Shown here piece after piece: positions 27,345 through 39,169 of a stretch of DNA of 64,000 nucleotides. The translations under genes were made by a program, and so were the position numbers. This DNA comes from Azolla caroliniana (Eukaryota; Plantae; Polypodiophyta). Where the stretch lies: the NCBI GenBank assembly GCA_043228905.1, contig JBHGNT010000001.1:33604001-33668000 (forward strand), given 5' to 3'. The notes below the pieces were generated by a model. It saw only the letters and a list, made by a program, of their open reading frames with translations, was not told where the DNA came from and made no database searches. Position 1 is the stretch's first letter. Every line of letters starts with the position of its first letter.

Positions 27345-30300
27345 CTAAGAAAACTCTATCATACCACTACAATTTCTTGTTACCATTAACAAACATGCAT
27401 TTTGTTGTATTTCATGATACTCCAGCTCTAGTCCTTGAACTTCATCTTCAAGTTGCTTTATAGTGTGTTGGTATTGTAAAACTTCTTTACTGACTTCATC
27501 CAACTGGTTCTGCATATTCCACGATGTACCCACACACTTTTTTTCTCTTGGAAACAAAAAAACAAAATTGTCAGTATCAGAGACTAGTTGAAAATGCATC
27601 AATTAAATGCAAAACTTCCATGATTAATTATTGCATGATTCCTAGCAAGATGAAATGCAGGTTTTCGCTTGAGCTTAAACTTGAGATATTGAAAATATAT
27701 TCACTTGGTTCTCACAAATAGACATCAAGCCTCAAGTAAAATTGCTTCATAACTTGCACTTATCTCTCGATTCAGAATTCACCAGAGTAGTGGACTAAAC
27801 ATGAATGTGGTTAAAACAAAAATGATGATACTGTGAACCATCCAACCACATCGATACCCTATTCTAACATATAAGGGAGAATAATAACAATTTGTGGAAA
27901 GCTTTGAACCTAGGCTTCAAGCTGGTTGGAAAATTTATTATATGTTGGAGAATCAACGCAACTAAAGTAATATTGATGGATGGGAAGTGAAAAACTATTG
28001 TTATTTAAAATCCCATGGTAATAATTCAAGTCTTGCTTTACGGAGTAGAAGTGTGGGGAGGTACTATCAATCTTAATGCATTGAAAGAGATTGAGAAGAT
28101 GCCATGGATGTTTTAAGGAGACAATTGGGAGTTAAATCCACCACCTCCTACCAAGTTATGCTCTCGGTAATAAGAGTTCAACCCATATAGACATTGGCAC
28201 TACACTGTGTATACAGATACATTCCAAAAGTCAAGAATACACCAAATCATAGATTACCACATCTTGCTTGGAATGTTGGATGTAAACTACAAAGGAATCA
28301 CAAGAGAAATTTTACGCTAATCTAGTTGGGTATTTGACGTCAAAATATGGTTCAAAAAGATGGGGTGTGGAAGATCTCTTAGAGATTTCAAGGGATATTA
28401 TGCAATATGTCGTTATTGATGAATGGTTAATGGAAACACTAAGGAACAAGTGGGTAGGTGCAAAAAGGGCAAAATTAAAATATGACATTGAGGTCAGCTT
28501 TCTAGGTGTTCTCTTTAGCATGACACTCATGTCATTATCCCTCAATATGTCATCATTGCTTTCATTAATTGCACTATATGATGAGCATGTAAAAAGATAG
28601 TGATATTCATCCTCTACTAGCCCTTGCTCGCATATTTTTCATGCCTTTATATTTGACACCTTTGATGCCATAATGCAACTTCAATACCTTGCTTGTGTAA
28701 TTGAATGCAAAGGAGTGTAAGGGCTCTACAAGAGTTAATACTCATTTTAGTAATGAGATAAGGTTGAATACAATCAATAGGCATGCTTTCCTTATATTGA
28801 GCCCAACATTTAGCGTTTTGCCTTATTCACACATTGAGACTTTGTGCTTTGAAGATGATCAAGAAACCCTGTGTACTCAGGTTCCATGGGTCAATATTGA
28901 CCTTGTTAGATATAATCAATGATCTATCCCCATATGTACTCTTAGAGTGCACATTTTGTGATAGCACCCCAAATGAGGAGTAGCTATTGTGCAACTTGAC
29001 CATGGGTCAATAAGGTGTCAATCTAGGAAACCGTAGATGTGTAGGACACAATGTATTTAAGAAAGAGTGAAGTAGGTTAATAGGATTGGCTAATCAAGTC
29101 AACTAGAAGAATATTTTGTGGGCAAGTTACGATGTACTTAGTCTTGAAGTATGTGTCATTGACTTAAGATAAGTACTATCTAGCACTAGCTTGTATCTAC
29201 GGAGCTGGGTCATATTAAATGACAAGTCAATTGACAAAAGAGGAATCTCTCCACTACTATCAACCGACATGCACATTTAATGTTACACTCAGACCAAACA
29301 GATAATATAATCCACTCTCTTACACAGTGGTGTGATGATTATCAGTCCCCACTAATTTTGTAGTGAGCTGGTCCAGATCCCATCTAAGCTCTAGGGTGTG
29401 AGCACATGGGTGAACTACCATTGTGAGCTACTCTCACATGTAATAGAAGTTTGTTTTTATATATCCATCTCTGTGATTGTAACTCTATATACTACTTGAT
29501 TCTCAATATTCCTAACAGGCCTCTCTATGGATGCTAAAACATATATATCTATCACCATGCGGTTATTAAGGGATAAACACCAAAAGTATCTTTCACCTGT
29601 TTATGTATTTACGAGAATACTTTTAAGGGCTTTTAAACAGTACCAAAATATCATCTATGGTAGCAATTCTTTTGTTTGCTACTACACAAGGGCTATTCTG
29701 GCAAAAGTTTAAAAACCAATGGGAAATCTAGGATACCCAAAAAAGATTAGGGTACCTTGAGTATTTTTCCCTTTAAATTTTACAGGATCTCCATACTTTG
29801 CTTTAAGTGATAAATGCGTAAAAAACTAAAGAACAGTTGCAGAAGATAGGTCATCTTGCTACCTTTCATGCTGACTGGATGTTCGTCGAAGAATCAAACG
29901 ACATCTCTCCAAATATTCATCAGGATCAACCAAGGAGTGATAAATAACCACACCATTTCTTGCCCAAAAATAGTAAAAAACAGTGCTTGCTACGGCTGCC
30001 GATAGAAAGCATCGACCCACTTCCCCGAAATAGGCTTCAGTCTGAAATGTCACCATTGCCTGCAGAGCTAGAAACAATAACAGTGTACCACCTCTTCGAA
30101 TCAACCTGACATGATTGCCAACAAGCTTTTATTTTTTATGAAAAATTTCCCAACAAACCATTATAATTAAAAAATCGTAGGAACTATGTTGCTAATCTGG
30201 AATCTTGATTAGATTTGTAACAAAAGGAATGGCAATTCAGTATTTTTATTTAAATTCCAAATTGTGGATAGCTTGTTTTGGTATTTTTTCCAACATTATG

Positions 30301-31605
30301 GTGGGATATATTGATAACTTTATCCCTTTTAGGTTTTCAATTTAATATCCTTTATATACAGATTATGGAAGAGAGTATTCCATTAAAACAACCTGAACTC
30401 ATCGTACTGAGCAAATTGTTCCTTCATTGCATTTCTGAGCTTAAATGCAAAGCCGAGAAAAATGAGGAAATAAACGACCAGTAGAGTCATTAACCCATAT
30501 GCTGATATAGCTCGATTAACAAACTTGCAATGCCCTATATGCTTCTCACCCCTTGATATGTCAATTTCATAACTGATACATTTTCCAAATTCAAAGAATA
30601 CATCAGTCGTGTTTGCATTCATGGATTCACATTATATAATTCCATTTCTAGCCTTAAACCAAAGAATGAATTCAAACCATGTAAGTTCCATATGAGAGGA
30701 CAGTAATGGAGCCAATAGCTATGGTCTCCATTAACTCCTATATGCTTACCCTAAGATACCTTACTCTTATTATGCTTCTTCCACGAGTCTATAAATATAC
30801 ATACACAAGCATATATACACACACATAAGACACCAATCAAATGAGAGAGAGAGAGAGAGAGAGAAGAATATTGTATTTTTTAAATGACCTCTTTCTCTTT
30901 CTTGAATCTCTAAACTCCAAAATCTATTTTTTAACTTAGTGATATGCTTTTCACAGATATGTATAAAACACTATCAAAAGAGAGAGGGGGAGATTGGCCT
31001 TGTTATCCGAACTTAAACCTGTGTATGAATGAATTGATGAGTGTACGTACTTATGTATGATTGAGTTTTATATGCACATATGCATGTACATATGTCCCTA
31101 TGTGTTTATGTGCAAACACAGACAAACAAAATCAAAATCAGAAGAGTTCTTACCTGATCTCTTTCCTGACTGATCCCACAATGCAGAAGGCGACTGCGGG
31201 AAGAAGAAATGGAAACAAGAGAGCATATCCATGCTTATGGACGCTCCTCTTGCACACAAAGATTCTGTAGAGACGGATGAGGTGAAGAGTGAGGCAATTA
31301 AGCCACAGAGCAAAGCCAAAACAGGCATCAAGCCAATAGGTCCATAAAGAGCAGAGACTTAAAATAGAGTTTTCTCTTCTCTTGAAGTGCTCGTTCACAA
31401 TTAGGGTTGAAAGGATGAAGATGAGGCCACCTGCTGAGCTTAGGAGTGTGATGGGCACGCTCTTGGTTTTGATTGGGGGGAATCTCCTATTGAAGAAGAT
31501 GGTTATGTTGCCTAGTAGCATCAGGAAGGAGCCTATGGCGATGAGGCTTACTGTTGTGTAATCCAAGATTGAAGTCGGGGACGGGGATGGGGATGGAAGA
31601 GCCAT
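27345..31605 (-). CDS. RGS1-like seven-transmembrane protein (~358 aa) with no RGS box and a C-terminal coiled coil
   Basis: Exons 31605..31154, 30572..30393, 30105..29863, 27546..27345. All three introns are GT-AG and phase 2; the joined frame is open (1077 nt). Seven hydrophobic segments. DYTTVSL, CSLWTYWLDACFGFALWLNC...LYRIFVCKR and YDEFRLIRRG resemble the RGS1 7TM domain. Confidence 0.8.
27785..28400 (+). mobile_element. Decayed RTE-like LINE remnant inside intron 3 of the 7TM gene (antisense to it)
   Basis: SGLNMNVVKTKMM...QVLLYGVEVWGG..EIEKM..LRRQLGVKSTTSYQVML...VKNTPNHRLPHLAW...KRWGVEDLL across frameshifts. Confidence 0.7.
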
Positions 31606-31744
31606 TGATCATGAGAAGGTAATAGCCCACCATCTATTGGGTGGAGAAACAGAGACATACAGAGACAGAGATAGAGACAGGACACAGAGACTCTGTGTGT
31701 GGGTGTATGTGAATGTCATTTAGTCTTGGGCTTTGACCACAGTA

Positions 31745-31770
31745 TGTACATATGTATATATGTATGTATG

Positions 31771-31809
<39 letters not shown>

Positions 31810-32157
31810 ATGTATGTATGTATGTATGTATGTATATATGTATGTATGTATGTATGTAATGTATGTATGTATGGTATGGTATGGTATGGTATGTATGTAT
31901 GTATGTATGTATGGTATGGTATGGTATGGTATGGTATGTATGTATATATGTATGTATGGTATGGTATGGTATGGTATGGTATGTATGTATATATGTATGT
32001 ATGGTATGGTATGGTATGGTATGGTATGGTATGGTATGGTATGTATGTATGTATGTATGTATGTATGTATGTATGTATGTATGTATGTATGTATGTATGT
32101 ATGTATGTATGTATGTATGTATGTATGTATGTATGTATGTATGTATGTATGTATGTA

Positions 32158-32210
<53 letters not shown>
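31745..32210. repeat. Compound (TATG)n/(TATGG)n/(TG)n microsatellite
   Basis: Direct reading; explains the six low-complexity ORFs at 31634-32374. Confidence 0.97.
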
Positions 32211-32211
<1 letters not shown>

Positions 32212-33644
32212 GTATAGAAGAGTCTTGGTGTTGGACCAAGAGTATGTATTACTCTTGGTCCAAGCCCAAGACTTTTCCATTCAAACATATGTCTACAAAA
32301 AGAGACTAGGGACGAGAGAGATTTCAAACGAAAAAAAGAAGTGCGTGTCTGGTAAGTATATGTTTGTTGTTTAGTTCGTCTTATTCAACCTTTGTGTGTG
32401 CCATTCCACTTAGCCTTTGAATTATCCTCCAATTTTAGGCCCCTTTGAGGGCCCTATTTAGTTAGCATAGAATGTTTGTAAACATCAATTCTTTGACTTT
32501 GTGCTATCCTCATCCGGAATAGGCCATGCAAATAGTTTTCAAAGATCTTTTATATAATTGATACATAATGCCATATTTTGAAAAGAAAAAAAGGAGAGAG
32601 AGGAGAGAATGTGTTACGAGTAAGAGGCGAGATGATCATGATGACTAGTGTGTTATAAAAATGGCCTTGCCTACTAACTAGGCCACAAGGTTATGTCAGA
32701 TCTATGGTTCATTCTTAAGCTCAAATAGGGAGCAAATATAAGTTCCTAGAAGGTGTGCACGGCTATTCCTTGATAATGTGATCTCAGGCTTGAAATTTCT
32801 TACACAAATATCCCAATGTAAATGGTAGCTTTTGTACCTTTTCAAAAGGGCTGCCCATACTACTCATTATAATTTATGTACTACATTGAGTATTCTAGAA
32901 AACTTTGAACCGCTAGGAGAATGTCAATCATTGAAGAGATAAATGGATTTCCTCTTTAGTGTGTTAAATGCAAGCCAAAGTTAACAACACTTCATGCTAT
33001 AAGAGTGGTAAGAAAACATCAAAAACACCTACTAACTTGTTGGGTGTTTATCAAAACATCATTTATTAGAATTTATCCCAATGCTTTCAAATGTGTGGCC
33101 AAAGAGCTAAAGCTCTATCCATCCAAAACCCAACCGTGGAATAATTAAAATGACATGTGGAGTTGTACGGATGGTCATCATGATGGTAGTGATGTTATCG
33201 AATAGGGAATGAGAACAACAAACACCAAAATACGCAGCACCTTGTTAGATATTTACCAAAATATCCCAAAAAAGATTATGCCTAGGAATTTTGTGTATTG
33301 TGCATGCTTATTTACGGAAATTGTTCAATACATAGTAGTGTTTTTTAGTGTCTTTGGCCTTAAAAGAAGCATGTTATTCATACATTCGTTCGGAATGGTA
33401 TACTCATACAAAGAAACAAGTGGGATGTTTGATAAATAAATAAATAAATAAAATTCAAAAAATCATTTCATGTAACAAAAATTCCCCATAGTTTTGTTTG
33501 GCCACATATAATGTAGAACTTGCAATCTTCTGCAAGGTATGTATTGATGAATAAAATTCCATCTCAAGTTAAGTGGGCTCTATATATTTCACATGAAAAC
33601 CAATGTTGAGCTTCAAACTCATGAAATCATAACACAAAAGGCCC

Positions 33645-36600
33645 TTAAGAGGAGGATGAATGCCTTCTCCAACCCACTTTTTGACACACCAGAAGTTGTT
33701 GATCACCAATAGCATCAACCTCGATAACACGTGTTTCCCATCTCATCTGGTTCGCCAAGATTCTCATATCCTCTATAAGCTCCGATTTGTCTCTCAAGAT
33801 CACCCATCCCTACACATCATTGAGTTATCGAATAAACTTTTGAACCTCGATGCAACGAAAACACATTGCTTTTTAAGGTTTTGATGCATCAAAATGCATG
33901 CCATGGATATATTTAAGGGATATTTATGAGAATATCTCTCCTGTTAGGGATATTTACAAGAATACCCCCTAACGAAACATAATCATCCTTGTAACGTTTC
34001 AAAACATAGGGGTATTCTGGTAAATTCCCATGAAGCTAGGGGTATTTTGGTTCTTTGCTCTTTATATTACATGATTTGTTCATTTTACATGTCGTACTAA
34101 CCTCCGGCCGCAAAATCCTATCTATCTCGAGGAAGAGGTTGGAAATCCCACAATTGCCAATCTCTTGAGAAAGAAGCCCAATTCCATGCAATAGATCATA
34201 TGTCCTCGGATACGTCGGAAAAGCCTCACACCTGAATAAAGGCCAGCATTGTAGATTTTTTATGTTTTGAGCAACCATGTATGCCATACAACGCAAAGCA
34301 AGCATTGAAGTTTCTAATCTATTGGCATGTAAAGAATGGCCGTGTTATATTGAAGGAAAAAAATAGAATGAGCATCCTAGTAGCTAATTTGATGAGTCTG
34401 CAATCATACTTATCCGGCAACTTTATATTTTATTAGTCGTATATAGAATGACTGCACTAGCTATAAACATGTCCTTGCTACGTGCTTCTATATGTCTTGT
34501 GTAGTGAGAGATGGGCCAAGACGTTGTCGACAATGCATATATACAAATATGATTGGTATGCGCCCATCCAATTACTAGGGCATCACCTTATCTAACAAAA
34601 GCCCCAAAATCACCTTGTGTTTCTCTTTATTTCCCAAATGCCCCCAGTAGTTCTCGTGATTTCCAAGTACCTCGGTCAACTCCAAGATAATGATTATACG
34701 ATCAAATAAATAAAAAATCCGGCGGCATTTGGGAAAATAAAGCAAAAACTGACACATGCTGTACTCATAGTATTCCACAACACACACTTATATACTCGTA
34801 GCAAAACTCTTCTCAAGCAAGCACCAACCAATTATGTCGTACTCCAAGTAATCCACGGTCGTATATAGTCGATAGTGTATCAGGTGCACTCTGGGGAACC
34901 ACATTCATTACCCAAACGGGCTTCTTTGCTTCAAGTAACGCGGCATTTAAGTTACCATGCAAGGCATTCATGTCCATCACATTGCGTATGCTATGGACAG
35001 GTTCGGATGTGTCATCTTCACCATGACGCTTGGGATGGTCGGAAAATATCAATGGTGTTAGTAGAGACCAGTAGCTCTCTACCGTCGTACACCATACATG
35101 AAGATCATCCAAGAGCTCGTTAGCTGAAAATCCTGTTCATAGTAAAAGCAGCATAGACTCAACAAGTCGGTTTAGCGAGAAAAACCTGACCCTTTTAAGC
35201 CCCAATCTCCCTAATGTTTCGCAACAAACATGGCAATGTTACACATTGTTGTTTGATCGAACCCGTAGAAGCTTTTTTGTGTGAACACTATATTCACATG
35301 TGCAGTCTACCTCTAAATATTTTTGTCCCACCAAAACATGCCAAATTAGCTGTAGACGTTGAATCTAGTATGCATCACAAAGCAGAATTAAGTGACAAAA
35401 AACCATTAACATACCAAAATGATATGCATCATCTGTTCGTGCTCGGTTTCCCTTGTGTACATTGATAGACTTTGATATACAAGGTCGAAGCGGTGGATAT
35501 AGTGTCAACATAGACGAATTTACATCTGCCCATCGACCACATAACTTCGGCTTTGCTTTTCCTGTCCTGCTAGGAAAGAAAAAGAACATTGAAAATGTTT
35601 TTCCAGAAATGTCATTAAGTCAAATATCATGCTTACATCATAAATCTCAAATATCATACAAAATTATGCAATTTCTTCAATTCAAATCAAGCATCTGAAT
35701 TCAAAATACTACATCAAATTTCAAGATTACAAATCAATGTTATATAATAATGCCACATATCATAGTCAATGACCATAAAGACGAGAGCATGAAAATATCT
35801 TTGCACACCATACCCTACCTCAAAGAATAGCAACTATGATTAGATGCCTTCCTCCAAATCATATGGGCATCATTCTCTAATAATGGAGACCAGCATATAT
35901 TACGTGCAAAATCTTTGTTCACAAGTGAAGATGGTTTGAGAGATTTTATGACATAGGGAAGTGATGAAAACACTTCCGATGTCCACATGAACACACCATC
36001 ATATTTGAGTAGTCTATCCAACTCCAAGAGTAGAAGCCCCTCTGTATAGACAAACATAACCAACAGACATTTAGATGCTAATGTACAATACAATCTATGA
36101 AAGCATCGCTTTTTACATATTCGTACAACATCACATACAACACATTAGACATTCCCCTCATTGTTCTGATCTAACAATTTATTTTTCCTTATAGATATGC
36201 ATGATCTATGACTCAAGGTAAAGAAAAAAAAGAAGGAACCTCTTGTAATTACTAAATACAAGTAGTTGTGCAAATTTATACAGTTCCCCAAACCTTGAAA
36301 GTGCCCAAAATAGAGGTAAAGTTTTACAATTTCCCAGTATTTAAGCTTGTTTTTGGCAAATATAGCTTTTGCATTACCTTAATTTACCATTAATTGGGTG
36401 AACGTTTCAAAAACTCTTCCTCATAAAATATAGCCACAAGTTTTGAAAATCCTTAGAAAACTAGCTAAGGAAGCCTCAGATGTTTTCTCTGATGGCCTTA
36501 CATTGTTGATGTGCATATACTCAGATATGTGAAATAATGATGCAGTGATGAAGATTTTACGGTTGCGAGTTTGAATCTCGGGCACGATGGGTTTTAAGTT

Positions 36601-38362
36601 CTATTCCTCATATAACAATAATCTTAGCAATTTCTACTTTGAGATAAATGCACACAAACAGTGAAAGGGTTGAGATTCTATGTGTTAGTTGGGATAAGTT
36701 TAAGTTCTACCTTTCCAAGACCAGTCAAAGTTGCAATCGAAACAATGGATCATATCGAACGAGAAGCTTGGGAATGGCAATTGAGAGGAATTAAAAGAGC
36801 CGATAATTGCTGGGAAACCCCTTTCAAGATGAAAATGAACTTGGCTCCCATATTCTTCATATGGAGAAATGCACAAGATTGACGCCTTCTCTAGATGTCG
36901 AGAAAGGGCTCCAGGCATCATCATCCGATGTAGTCCACAGTTTATATCCAAGATTGTTCTCAGCTGAGATTATCGCAAAGACCACATCATCAACAAGAAC
37001 CACAATGTTTGTATATATATTTATAAGGATTGTAACATTTTTGGTTGAATGCATAATCCATAAGGATATCACCTTTTGACTCATTACCAAAAGGTTTGTT
37101 AAGGCCAAAACAAAGATTTAGCATACATGATACAAACTGAGCTACAAACAACAGTTAAGGTAAGATCAAAATGAATGTGAATTCCTTCTACCTTAGTTTG
37201 AGTACCAACAAGATTGTGGATGATTTCCTGGACATTCTGATCATTAAGGCCAGACTTGATGGTATTCAAGCTAACAATTCCATTCTCTTGAAGCGTCAAC
37301 CTTCAGCCAAAATACAACGATATGAGATGCTATGATCTTTCAAAAAAAAAGAAAAAAGATTTAAAAAGACTCTATAGCGTTAAGAAAACTAATGATGATA
37401 ATCCTCTGGTTTAACCAAAAAGAAACGTAAAAACAGAACTCTCCACATGCTGAAAAAATATAAGAAAAATCTCAGTTTTTGCAAAATCATGACCCCAATT
37501 TTCCAACAACAAAACACAGAGCAAGGCTGAATAGAATGCCTCTTCACATAATGAAATGTAAGAGCCAGAGTCTGTTTCTTCTTCTCTTTTTCTTTTACCT
37601 TGTAATAGTCTTGCTTCCAGAAAGGCTCAATCCATCAATAAACTTCATATTCCCATGCCAAACACCGTCTCTAGATGCTGGCCATCTCAATGGAACCTTA
37701 TATTCGTCAGGTGTTGGGAAAACACATTGCACTCTCTCTCTTCTCTCTTCGTGTCCACAGTCTCTTCTTATATCATTGAAATTTCTTCTTGGCTTGTCGC
37801 CATCGTTGTTATGATAAGTGTTGCTGTGATTATAACAAGGAACATCATCCCATTCCATGTCTTTGCACACTTGAATCTCTTTTACTCTAATGCCACGAGC
37901 ATGAGAATCGAGTAAATGTAGTGTTTTGAGAGGATGAAGCATGAGTCCAGCTTTGGCTTCATCTTGAAGTCGTCGATGTGATCGGTACATTGCAATGTTG
38001 GGCACTAACCTCAAACGAGAATACTCTGTTCTTCTCGTCGCATTCCATGTGTTGATGAGCACAAAAATGGTGAGAAAGCTGAGGATCATACTGGTTCCCA
38101 TGGAGAATATGTTGGCATGTGGACTCTTCTTTGTCCTATGGTCATGAAGAGGTAGCTTGGATTTGATGGGGGAAGGGGAATCAAACTTTGCAGTGTTGTT
38201 GTTGATGTTGCTGTTGTTGAAGTTAGTAACATGTACAGGGGAATTTGTTACATTCATGTCAATATTTTTTGTGTTTGTATGGAGCTTTTCATGGATGGGT
38301 GATTGTGAATTAGTGATGGAGTGTAAATCTCTGGAGGCTGCCACCGGAGATGTGCGATTCAT
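33645..38362 (-). CDS. Type II membrane SAM-dependent methyltransferase (Methyltransf_29/DUF248), QUA2/TSD2/OSU1 clade
   Basis: Exons 38362..37599, 37300..37192, 36963..36711, 36041..35819, 35569(or 35566)..35415, 35132..34829, 34231..34102, 33809..33645; phases consistent. Motifs: YKVPLRWPASRD..W..N, GSQV.FHLERGFPA, QLPFPSFSFDMIHC, YWSLLTPLIFSDHPKR (QUA2-clade signature), RNVMDMNA, WVMNVVP, WCEAFPTYPRTYDL, EIDRILRPEGW. Confidence 0.9.
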
Positions 38363-38850
38363 GGCGAAACAATGTAAACAAAACTGAGAAATGGAGGTGA
38401 TTGATTCGAGCACAAATTGAGGGGGGGGGGGGGGGAAGAGCGATACAAGTGAATGAGTGAGTGGAGAGAAGATCTAATGATGTGAAGTAAGTGTTGGTAT
38501 ACGAGAAAAGAGTGTGGATGTGAAAGGAGGAAGGGCAGAACAGAGAAATTATAGGTATTAGGAATATATATACATATATGCACAAACAGCTTCAATGCAT
38601 ATAAGTAAGGAAAGGGGCTAAAGATAATGGTTAATGTAAAGGAGAGGGGGGATTATTGAATCAGGAAGCTCAGAGTGTTCTCTCGCTCGCTCTCTTTCAG
38701 CCTCAGTGAATGAATGAATGAATGAATGAAAATTTGCTGGCAAATATGTATATGTATATGCATATATGATGATGTCTGTCTAGTACTCCTGTGAAGGAAG
38801 GACTGAAAGAGTGAATAAAGAGTGAGTGACTGGATCGTAGTATACATACA

Positions 38851-39004
<154 letters not shown>

Positions 39005-39138
39005 GAACGCGCCAAGTAGTAGTAATGAGGACGCGTTTGTGTGTGTTTGCCAACTCATCATCAGCTTCCCATGAACTAACTGCTTTGAGTAGAGCAGAGC
39101 AAACAGAGGGGTGGGGAACAGAGTAAAAAAACAGGGGA

Positions 39139-39169
<31 letters not shown>

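Noticed and set aside
31634-32374. Six ORFs of 148-213 aa (HTYI/MYVC repeats)
   Set aside because: Artefacts of a stop-free microsatellite.
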